A program made the position numbers and the translations under genes. The notes beneath the pieces were generated by a model. The model was not told the origin of the DNA, did not search any database, and saw nothing but the letters and a program-made list of their open reading frames with translations. Source: Candidatus Latescibacterota bacterium (GTDB lineage Bacteria; JAAXHH01). Taken from it: a stretch of DNA of 64,000 nt. The stretch covers positions 122,335-186,334 of the forward strand of contig JAAXHH010000141.1 in the NCBI GenBank assembly GCA_012270975.1. Reading direction: 5' to 3'. This document shows positions 26,483 through 34,535 of the stretch, piece after piece (the first letter of the stretch is position 1; each line of letters begins with the position of its first letter).

Positions 26483-28635
26483 TCAAACAGTGGCTGCTCT
26501 GGCTATACGACAAGGGTCCGTCCCGGATTTCGGGACAGTTGTATCTGGGCATCGGTACGGCGGTAGCGCTCACCATGATGGCCAGTATGGTCGCGTGGTT
26601 CGCCTTCAACGAGGTCGGTGAAACCCAGCGTGAGGTGAACGAGGTAGCCGTCCCTGAAATAGCCGCGGCCTTTGGCGTGGCACAGCGGAGCGGAACCCTG
26701 GCGGCCGCCGCCCCGCGTCTGGCGGCTGCGGAGACGCCCGAAGCCTTTGAAGCCGTGACAGCGAGCATTGCCGAAGAACGTGAGAACTTCGCGGTGCAGC
26801 TGGAAGCGATCGCCGGATACGGCATGGAAAACGAACGCTTTCAGCTGATCAGCGAAAGCGGCAACACGCTGATGTCCAACATCGGCATGATCGAGGAATC
26901 CGTGGCGCGGCGCTTCGTGCTCGAAGAACAAAGCCAGTTGCTGCGCCGGGAACTGGAGCAACTCCAGCTCCAACTGGCCGGCATCCTTGTCCCTGCCCTG
27001 GACGACCAGTTGTTCTACACGTCCACGGGTTTCCGGAACATCGACGAACCCGCGGCGCCGCGTACCGAGTATCTTTCAGAGGTGGAGCTGCAGCGATACC
27101 GTCATCTCGCCGAACTGCAGGCCGAGGCGACCGTCAGCACCCGGATCCTGTCGAACGTCTTCAACCTCGTGGACGCCGACCGGCTGGAGCCCTTGCTCGA
27201 GCGGTTCGAATCGGCCGCCGGGGGAGTCGAAAGGAGCCTGGCGGGCCTGGACACGGCGCCTTTGCGGCAAAGACTCGAACCCGTGTTTGCCCAGTTGTTC
27301 GAACTGGGCAGCGGAGATGGGCAGATATTCCAGATCCGGGCGGAGGATCTTGAGCTTTTCGCCCAACAGCGCGCGCTGATCGAAGACAACCGCAACATCG
27401 CCGTCGAACTGGTCGCCGAGGTGGAAAGTCTCGTGAATTCCGCGCAGGCAAGCACCCAGGCCGCGACGGTCGCGTCGACACAGACGATCCAGGTGGGCAG
27501 GCAGCTTCTCCTTGCGCTGAATGCGGTCAGTCTGGTGGGTGCGTTGCTGATCGCGTGGTTGTTCGTCGGAAAAGTCCTGCTGCGCCGCCTGGAATTTCTG
27601 TCCGAACACATGCGGCGCATGGCGGGGGGCGATTTGAAACAGAAGGTGGAACTGGACGGCCGCGACGAGGTGGCGGACATGGCCTCCGCCCTCGAGGTGT
27701 TCAGATTGCATTCGATCGAAGCGCAGCGGCTGAACCTCGTGGAGAAACTCGCGGAGGAACTGCGCGGTAAAAACGACGAACTGGAGAAAACGCTGGGCGA
27801 ACTGCGTGTTGCGCAGGACCAGATCGTCATGCGGGAAAAACTCGCGGCCCTCGGCGAACTCACCGCGGGCGTTGCCCACGAGATTCAGAATCCGCTGAAC
27901 TTCGTAAAGAACTTCGCGGAGTCGTCGTCAGAACTGCTGGAGGAACTGCAGGAAGAACTGCCGGAAAGCGGGGGTACGTTTGATGAAGAGCAAAACGATA
28001 TAATACGTGAGATCGGCGGTGATCTGACGGACAACCTGCGCAGAATCAGAGAGCACGGGGAACGGGCCAACCGCATTGTCCGGGACATGCTCCAGATGGG
28101 ACGGGGCTCGGGCGAGAAGCAGTCCACGGACGTAAACGCCCTGCTGGAGGAGCACGCCCGCTTGGCCTATCACAGCGCCCGGGCGTCTAACGCGGATTTC
28201 CAACTCGAAATCAACGAAGACTTCGATCCCGAATTAGGCGAAATCGAAATCGTTTCTCAGGAAATGGCCCGGGTGTTCCTGAATATGGTGAACAACGCCT
28301 GTCACGCGACCAACGAGAAGAGGGAAGACCCGGATTCCCCGGACGGGTACGTACCCGCTATCTGGTTGTCCACCCGGCGCGAGGAAGATCAAATCGTCGT
28401 CCGCATAAAGGACAACGGCAAGGGAATTCCGCCCGAGGTGCGAGACAAGATCTTCAATCCCTTCTTCACCACCAAGCCTACCGACCAGGGCACGGGCCTG
28501 GGACTGGCGCTCTCCAACGATATCGTTCGCGAGCATGGAGGGGCTATCGAGGTGGATTCAGAGCCCGGCGAATACACCGAAATGGCGATCCGGCTTCCAC
28601 TCGAACCGGCCCCGGCCCCGCAGGAAACAGCGTAG
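26479..28635 (+). CDS. Sensor histidine kinase: two TM helices around a ~290-aa helical periplasmic domain, then HAMP, HisKA and HATPase; no receiver
   Basis: The ORF track extends upstream, but ATG 26479 (MIKQWLLWLYDKG) is the first start after the overlap. TM1 is LYLGIGTAVALTMMASMVAWFAF and TM2 is LLLALNAVSLVGALLIAWLFVG. HAMP contains RRMAGGDL, the H-box is AHEIQNPL, and the G-boxes are DNGKGIP and GTGLGLALS. Confidence 0.85.
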   Translation: MIKQWLLWLYDKGPSRISGQLYLGIGTAVALTMMASMVAWFAFNEVGETQREVNEVAVPEIAAAFGVAQRSGTLAAAAPRLAAAETPEAFEAVTASIAEERENFAVQLEAIAGYGMENERFQLISESGNTLMSNIGMIEESVARRFVLEEQSQLLRRELEQLQLQLAGILVPALDDQLFYTSTGFRNIDEPAAPRTEYLSEVELQRYRHLAELQAEATVSTRILSNVFNLVDADRLEPLLERFESAAGGVERSLAGLDTAPLRQRLEPVFAQLFELGSGDGQIFQIRAEDLELFAQQRALIEDNRNIAVELVAEVESLVNSAQASTQAATVASTQTIQVGRQLLLALNAVSLVGALLIAWLFVGKVLLRRLEFLSEHMRRMAGGDLKQKVELDGRDEVADMASALEVFRLHSIEAQRLNLVEKLAEELRGKNDELEKTLGELRVAQDQIVMREKLAALGELTAGVAHEIQNPLNFVKNFAESSSELLEELQEELPESGGTFDEEQNDIIREIGGDLTDNLRRIREHGERANRIVRDMLQMGRGSGEKQSTDVNALLEEHARLAYHSARASNADFQLEINEDFDPELGEIEIVSQEMARVFLNMVNNACHATNEKREDPDSPDGYVPAIWLSTRREEDQIVVRIKDNGKGIPPEVRDKIFNPFFTTKPTDQGTGLGLALSNDIVREHGGAIEVDSEPGEYTEMAIRLPLEPAPAPQETA

Positions 28636-28702
28636 GTTTCCATCGCCTCTCAATCAACATCAGGCATTACGGGACGTTGCCAACGCGGACGCGTCGCGGA
28701 TG

Positions 28703-29587
28703 CTAATGGGCGTCGAGGGACTCCAGCCCATGCATGGTATCGGACTCGAAGAAGAACAGGGCATAGGCGAGGCCTATCCCGATGAGGAAGGCTAGGGCGA
28801 GGATTCCGCGGTCGTGGCTGTGAAACTGGATCTCGGGCAATAGGTCGCTCAGTGAGATGCAGAGGAAAACGCCGGCGGCGAAGGCCATGATATACCCCAC
28901 GACGTGCAGTTCGTTGAGTTGGCTCAGCAGTCCGACGCCCAGAAAGGTCAGCACGGTGATCAATGGACACAAAAGGGCGAAACCGATATTGGTCAGCGTA
29001 CAGGTTCGGTTCCCGTAACCGGAGACCCTCATCAGTCCGATGATGGAATAGGCGTCCAGGGGTTTATGCAGCATGATCGCGAGGAAAACGCCCAGTCCCG
29101 CCAGGATCGCTCCACCGTCGTTCATCAAGCCCACGCGCACGCTGGCGCCGAGCGCGATCCCCTCGGTTATGGTGTGCAGACCGAGCCCCGTGGCCACGCC
29201 GAACACACTTCTGGGGTTGATGTCCATGGAACCATGGAGGCCATGCGGGTTGCCGTAGTCATGATGGTCTTCCATGGCCATTGCTTCATGACTGAAGTCG
29301 TGTTGGTGGAACCGGAAGATCCGCAGCAGCACGATGATCATGATCACGCCGAGTACCGCGCATCCAACAGCGAGTTCACCGGCATAGGGACCGGGGATAT
29401 CCTCCAGGCTGTGTAATAGCAGATGGAACATGGCCACACCCAGCAGGAAACCGGCCACGAGACTCATGACCAGTTGCGTGCGGGTGTGGGTCATGGTGAC
29501 GATGGCGGAGAGCTTGCCGCCCAGCAGGGACACGGCGAAAATCGCGACAGAGTATCCCAGAAGCAGGAACAGCGTACCGTTTTCCAC
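28703..29587 (-). CDS. ZIP family metal (zinc) transporter, ZupT-like
   Basis: 294 aa, multi-TM. It has a His-rich loop HQHDFSHEAMAMEDHHDYGNPHGLHG and the conserved HTITEGIALG and HKPLDAYS motifs. GTG start at 29587. Confidence 0.8.
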   Translation of the reverse strand: MENGTLFLLLGYSVAIFAVSLLGGKLSAIVTMTHTRTQLVMSLVAGFLLGVAMFHLLLHSLEDIPGPYAGELAVGCAVLGVIMIIVLLRIFRFHQHDFSHEAMAMEDHHDYGNPHGLHGSMDINPRSVFGVATGLGLHTITEGIALGASVRVGLMNDGGAILAGLGVFLAIMLHKPLDAYSIIGLMRVSGYGNRTCTLTNIGFALLCPLITVLTFLGVGLLSQLNELHVVGYIMAFAAGVFLCISLSDLLPEIQFHSHDRGILALAFLIGIGLAYALFFFESDTMHGLESLDAH

Positions 29588-29670
29588 CGGGTGTTTTCTC
29601 CATTGACCCGAACCGTCCGTTCGGGTCAGGATGCGCTTGAGGAGTTTGCGGTAACGAAAGTGGAATAAAC

Positions 29671-30159
29671 CTAGAAGAAGATCATGAGCAGGGCGATCGT
29701 GATCAACCCGCCCAGCATGAACCCCATCGCGCTTACAACGCCGGATACAGTGGCGGAATCCGCGAGGCGGAAGGTCTGTTCTTCGATGGTGAACATGACC
29801 TGGGACCGGTTGATCTCTCCGTCGACGAAACGCTTCAGACCGTTCTCGGCGCCGTGGGCTTCCTTCACCGAGACCACGGCCACGAGGATCATCGTGAGCG
29901 CGGAGGCAAGGGTTCCGATGGCGAAGGCGAGCAGCGAAAACAGGCTGACCCAGTGATAGGTGGAGCCCTGGTCTCCCGTCGCCGCGCTCATGAAGCCGAT
30001 GATCAGCGCGGCGCCGCCCGCGTTACCGAACAACAGGAGGCGTGCCGATTCGGTGATCATCCGGAACATGGTGCCGCGCCGCATCGCGACGACCTTATAA
30101 AGCTCGCGCAACCACTCCTCGCCGACTTCCTCGACGGTAAATTCATCTACCTTCTTCAA
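29671..30159 (-). CDS. Hypothetical integral membrane protein (about 4 TM)
   Basis: 162 aa with hydrophobic segments LLLFGNAGGAALIIGFMSAA, VSLFSLLAFAIGTLASALTMILVAVV and GFMLGGLITIALLMIFF. The start is TTG at 30159, with no recognised domain. It is wedged between the binding-protein and ZIP genes. Confidence 0.45.
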   Translation of the reverse strand: MKKVDEFTVEEVGEEWLRELYKVVAMRRGTMFRMITESARLLLFGNAGGAALIIGFMSAATGDQGSTYHWVSLFSLLAFAIGTLASALTMILVAVVSVKEAHGAENGLKRFVDGEINRSQVMFTIEEQTFRLADSATVSGVVSAMGFMLGGLITIALLMIFF

Positions 30160-30183
30160 TGGCCGTACCTCGCTTGAAGGGTG

Positions 30184-31347
30184 TCACTCCCCCAGATTCG
30201 TCAGGCGGATGTACTTGGATCCCGAATTCGTTCCCGGCGCGAATTCCAGGCTCCAATCGTCGATCGTGACTTTCTCGGGGGACAGTGCGGTGGACATGAA
30301 CTGATCCCGCGTCAGCACGCCGCCCATACGGTTCAGTACATCGATGACGAATCGTCCCAGGATATAGCCTTCAAAGGCCACCTCGTTCACCAGGGGCGCC
30401 ACCGTTTCGACCTGTCCGTGCTCCGGCCGCAGTGCGTTTCGAAAACGCCGGGCAACCCGGCTGTCACTGCTGTTCGGGTCGGGTATCACCTCGGTTACGA
30501 GGATCTTTTCCGATCGGTTTTCAACCAGTTTCTTCAGTTCCTGGGAAAGGACGAAGGACAGGTTCGCGACGATGTAGTCGTGGCCAAGGGAATGGGACAG
30601 ATTGATGATCTCCGAGTTCGCCGCGTACGATCCTACGATCAGGATGGCATCGAGGTCGGCCTTCGATATCATGAACAGGCCGGCGTGGACCGCGTGGGTG
30701 TTGCGGGAATGGGCGGTCTTGGCGAGTATCGGCAGGCCATGAGCTTCGAGGGCTGCCTGGCAGTTTCGCAAGACCGAGCGGCCGAAGGCGTCGTCCTGGT
30801 AAATGACGCCGAACCGGTTCTTGCCGAGATCGTTTACAATATAATCGACCATAGTCACGACTTCGTCCAGGTATCCGGCCCGCAGGTTAATCACATTGGG
30901 AAACCGGCTGAAATTGCGCAGGAAATCGGCGCCGGTGAAGGGACCGACGAAGGGGATGTTGGCGGTCCGCAGCACGGGGGCGATCCGTCTGGCTGTGGGT
31001 GTTCCCACGCCGCCAATCACCGCAAACACGTCATTTTCGGCAGCAAACCGCTCGGCGTTCGCCGCAGCCTGTTCGGGTTCATAGCCATCGTCCAGGGAAA
31101 GCAGCCGCAGGGATCTCCCGTTGATCCCACCCGCCCGGTTCCGTTCCTCGAAGGCGGCGAGGATCCCTGCCCGGTAGTACAGCCCCAGGTTCCGGTTGGG
31201 TCCCGTAAAGCACGCGCTCTGGCCAAACAGAATGGCATCGGAGGTCACGCCCGTCTGGGCGCGGACCGGCTGGGGATGCACCACCAGGGTGGTGATGATC
31301 GCAACCGTCAACCAGGCCAAGACGCGCGAATTATTGCCTGGGATCAC
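30184..31347 (-). CDS. Periplasmic substrate-binding protein, LivJ-like type I PBP family (a paralog of 25268..26482)
   Basis: GTG at 31347 (GGGAG RBS) gives VIPGNNSRVLAWLTVAIITTLVVHPQPVRAQTG, a signal peptide. It is followed by ILFGQSACFTGPNRNLG...DDGYEP...GGVGTP. The ORF track's longer extension (31473) overlaps the upstream SPFH gene. Confidence 0.75.
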   Translation of the reverse strand: MIPGNNSRVLAWLTVAIITTLVVHPQPVRAQTGVTSDAILFGQSACFTGPNRNLGLYYRAGILAAFEERNRAGGINGRSLRLLSLDDGYEPEQAAANAERFAAENDVFAVIGGVGTPTARRIAPVLRTANIPFVGPFTGADFLRNFSRFPNVINLRAGYLDEVVTMVDYIVNDLGKNRFGVIYQDDAFGRSVLRNCQAALEAHGLPILAKTAHSRNTHAVHAGLFMISKADLDAILIVGSYAANSEIINLSHSLGHDYIVANLSFVLSQELKKLVENRSEKILVTEVIPDPNSSDSRVARRFRNALRPEHGQVETVAPLVNEVAFEGYILGRFVIDVLNRMGGVLTRDQFMSTALSPEKVTIDDWSLEFAPGTNSGSKYIRLTNLGE

Positions 31348-32671
31348 TTTGACTCCCTTCGGTTCCCTCTTTTGATTCTTCTTCACTGTGCTCTTCGTCT
31401 TGTATGTTTTCCACCATGGCTTTCTCGCTGGCCTGGCTCGCCACATCCGTGCTGCTGGTCGATACGTGTCCATGCGTGAAAATGGACGGCGTGTCGAAAA
31501 TGAGCGATCTCGGCCTGGCCACCGGGAGGTGATCCCGCTCGGTGTTCCGGCTGTGGAATCGCCCGTCGATCAGGAATCCGTCCCTGTTTATATTTTCGTA
31601 CCGGTGTATCGCCGGCGGTATGGTGGACAAGATCGGCCGGTCCAGGGAATCCGGGCCGGTGGCCGTCAGGGCTTCCGGAGAATCGAAAGCCATGTCCACC
31701 GGTGTCAAGCCCGTACCGCCGTCTATCAGATTGACTTCTATGTTCGCGTCGTTACCCGGATTGACTGCCGCCAGATTCGCCTCGGCGAAGATCGTGCGCA
31801 TACGCTGCCAGTACCGGGTAATGCCTACCGAGGCCGGCTGCTTCCGGTATTCGTCCAGCAGTTTCGAGAAAGCGCCGGCGCTGCTTTCGGCCTGCAGGAC
31901 GCGTTCCCTGGCCGTGGCCCTTGCATCCATGACGACCGCTTCCGCCTGGCCCTTCGTCCGGGCGATCAGTTTCTCCCGCCGCAGGTTGGCGTTGCTGATG
32001 GACTGCATTCGCTCGGATATGGCGTCGTTGACGTCCCTGAACGCGGCTACCGTCTCCTCTATGGGCCTTATATCAACGATGTTGAGGTCGACAAGCTCGA
32101 TACCGATATCGACCGATTCGAGTTGATCGAGGAGGTAATCGTGTAGTTGGCGCTCGATGATGCTCCGGTTCGATGTAAGGATCAGGTCGATGAAATTCCG
32201 TCCCACGATGTTGACCATCTCCTCCCGGACCCACATGGTCATGACTGTCGAAGGATCAGTCACCGCGAATAGATGGTTACGCAGATTGTCAATGGTGTAC
32301 TGAACTGCGACATCCACCTCGACCAGGTTCGTGTCCCCGGACAGCAACGTCACGTGCGTATCGCCCGAAACGTCTTCGCCTTTTATAGGGACGCGGACGA
32401 TTCGTTTCACTTTGCGTATGTGGATTTTATGGATGATGGGGACGCAGTAGTGCAGGCCCGGTCCGATGTTGGCGTCCACCACCCTGCCGAAACGCAGCAG
32501 GACGCCCTGCTCTTCTTTCTTGACGACATAGAATCCGCTGGCCAGCACGGCGACGACGGAAAGGGCGAGCACGCTCCAGAAGAGACGGCCCCAGCCGAAT
32601 CTCCGGGCGGAATCGAACAATGCGTGGATAACGCGTGTGCTGTGCGGTAAGGATCTGGTATCGTCAGTCAT
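31331..32671 (-). CDS. SPFH/band-7 domain membrane protein (HflK-like) with a long acidic C-terminal tail
   Basis: 446 aa. A TM helix LFWSVLALSVVAVLASGFYVV is followed by an SPFH domain (VLLRFGRVVDANIGPGLHYCVPII...), a coiled-coil region and a C-terminal EEHSEEESKEGTEGSQSD. ATG at 32669-32671. Confidence 0.75.
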   Translation of the reverse strand: MTDDTRSLPHSTRVIHALFDSARRFGWGRLFWSVLALSVVAVLASGFYVVKKEEQGVLLRFGRVVDANIGPGLHYCVPIIHKIHIRKVKRIVRVPIKGEDVSGDTHVTLLSGDTNLVEVDVAVQYTIDNLRNHLFAVTDPSTVMTMWVREEMVNIVGRNFIDLILTSNRSIIERQLHDYLLDQLESVDIGIELVDLNIVDIRPIEETVAAFRDVNDAISERMQSISNANLRREKLIARTKGQAEAVVMDARATARERVLQAESSAGAFSKLLDEYRKQPASVGITRYWQRMRTIFAEANLAAVNPGNDANIEVNLIDGGTGLTPVDMAFDSPEALTATGPDSLDRPILSTIPPAIHRYENINRDGFLIDGRFHSRNTERDHLPVARPRSLIFDTPSIFTHGHVSTSSTDVASQASEKAMVENIQDEEHSEEESKEGTEGSQSDPRQ

Positions 32672-32688
32672 GGGGTTCCGCTCTCGTG

Positions 32689-33581
32689 CTATCGGGGAAC
32701 AGTCCGGCTGTCCAGGTATCGGAACAGTTCATTGTCGGCGGGCAGCATGAGCGTCGTATTCTTGTCGATGATCAAGTCGTAGCTGTCCAGCGCCCGTACA
32801 AACCGGTAAAACGCCGGGTCCCTCCGGTAGGCGCCGCCCAGAAGGGCCATCGCCTCCGCCTCCGCCGTACCGAGAATCGCCGTGGCTTCCGCATGGGCCT
32901 CCGCCATGAGCTTCTCGTGTTCGTTTATCGCCAGCGCTTCGATGCGTATGGCCATTCCTCGCCTTCGCTGCGGTACCGCGCGGCGATGCGCGCGCGTTCC
33001 GAGATCATGCGCTGGATCACCGCCGGCCGGTTTTCCACGGGCAGCGTGTACTCGATGATCCCCGCCTTCAGGACCTCGATGCCGTAGTTGGCCCTGGCGA
33101 CAGGCGCGACGCTGTCCAGAATGTCTCTCGAGGCTTCGTGCAGGTCTTCGTGTTCCAGTCCGAGGCTGATGAACGCGTCCCGGGCCTTGTTGCTGATGAC
33201 GATCCCGCTGCCCGACAGGTAAAGGTCCCGCAGGCGCTCGGTCGCGTTTTCGCCCGTTCGTATGGCTTCCACGTACAGGATGGGGTCTACGATACGCCAG
33301 AGCAGGTAACCACTGATCAGAATGTTCTTCTGGTCTTCCGTGATCAGTTCGTGGGACACGTCGGTGAGGGTCTGAAGCCGCCTGTCCACTTTATAGACCC
33401 GGGAAACGGGCCGGGGCCACTTGAAATGCAGGCCGGGCTGCTTTACCGGAGGCGATATATTACCGAAATTCGTCAGGACACCCTGCTGGGTTTCGTTGAT
33501 CACGTAGAAGCAATCGTAGACGATCGCCGCCAGAACCAACGCGACGATGGCCGTGCGGACGCGTCGTCCCTTACCGTTCAT
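32689..33581 (-). pseudogene. hflC: HflC-like SPFH protein interrupted by an apparent frameshift near 32925-32955 (authentic pseudogene or sequence error)
   Basis: The N-terminal ORF (ATG 33579-33581, RBS AGGAGGA) encodes MNGKGRRVRTAIVALVLAAIVYDCFYV...RYRSEGEEWPYASKRWR*. A second frame continues MAIRIEALAINEHEKLMAEAHAEATAIL...DPAFYRFVRALDSY, which is the expected HflC C-terminus. The junction GAGGAATGGCCATACGC needs a +/-1 shift. Confidence 0.6.
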
Positions 33582-34491
33582 GGCCTTTTCCTCCTGTCTT
33601 GGCGGACGGGGCGGCCGCTTCCGCCGGTCGCTTCTTCCATATCGCGACCTTGTTGAAGCTCTGTCTGTTGGGCACGATGATTTTGGGATTTCCGGCCAGC
33701 GCGGTTTCCAGCTTTTCTCTCCACAGCATGTTCCGGAGGACGTCAGGCGCCGTCCGCATGGCGGTCGCAATGACCGAAATGGCATCGGCTTCCGCCGACG
33801 CGGCCGCTACCCTGCGAAAAGCCTCACCGTCGGCCTGTTCCCTTTCGTACTCGGCGTTGCCGTGGGCGCGGGGTACCAGGGAAACCATGAATCGCTGCGC
33901 GTTGACGATGATCCTTTCCCGGTCCTCCTGGGCGCTTGAAATCTCTCTGAACGCGCCGATGGCCTCGGCCGCCGGGGTGATATTCAGCAGGTTGACCTTG
34001 ACGAGATCGACGGTGGCGAGCACGGACTGGTCGTCCTGGTCAAAGACATCCGGTGAGAAAAGTGCGGTGAGTTCCCGTTCCAGGTCGGCCCGGAAAGCGG
34101 TGAGCAGCCCGTCCACGTCGCGGGCGTTCACGAAGGTACGGATATGTTCCCGGACCGTGTCCTCTATGATTTCCTCGGGGTTCGACGTGCGGTAATGATA
34201 CGTGTAGGGGTCCTTAACCCGGTACTGGACGCCCACGTTGAGCGTAAGCATGTTCAGGTCGCCCGAAACGAATTCGTACGGGGTGTCCGCCATGATAGCC
34301 TTGACCTCTTTCACCGGCCACTTGTCCACCCTGACGAAGGGCCGCGGCGCGAGGTAATGGAGGCCGGGCTGCAGATCCTTCCAGTAGACCTCCCCGAACA
34401 GCCGGCCATAGCCGACGTTACCGGGGTGTACCACGGTGAAGCCGCTGCCGAGGAACAGGACCAGGAGCAGGCCCCACAGCATCATGCCCAT
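33571..34491 (-). CDS. hflK: SPFH/band-7 protein, HflK-like
   Basis: 306 aa. The N-terminal TM is LLWGLLLVLFLGSGF, then an SPFH domain (VVHPGNVGYGRLFGEV...LNVGVQYRV). It overlaps the hflC start by 11 nt. Confidence 0.75.
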   Translation of the reverse strand: MGMMLWGLLLVLFLGSGFTVVHPGNVGYGRLFGEVYWKDLQPGLHYLAPRPFVRVDKWPVKEVKAIMADTPYEFVSGDLNMLTLNVGVQYRVKDPYTYHYRTSNPEEIIEDTVREHIRTFVNARDVDGLLTAFRADLERELTALFSPDVFDQDDQSVLATVDLVKVNLLNITPAAEAIGAFREISSAQEDRERIIVNAQRFMVSLVPRAHGNAEYEREQADGEAFRRVAAASAEADAISVIATAMRTAPDVLRNMLWREKLETALAGNPKIIVPNRQSFNKVAIWKKRPAEAAAPSAKTGGKGHER

Positions 34492-34535
34492 GGGCGTAGT
34501 CGGCGAAACTGTACCGCGCAGGGACCGGTCCCTGG

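Noticed and set aside
32925-33785. 286-aa ORF suggesting HflC starts at 33785.
   Set aside because: The first 68 codons overlap the hflK gene. They encode a Pro/Arg-rich non-membrane sequence. An ATG at 33581 with an AGGAGGA RBS starts directly at the expected N-terminal TM helix.
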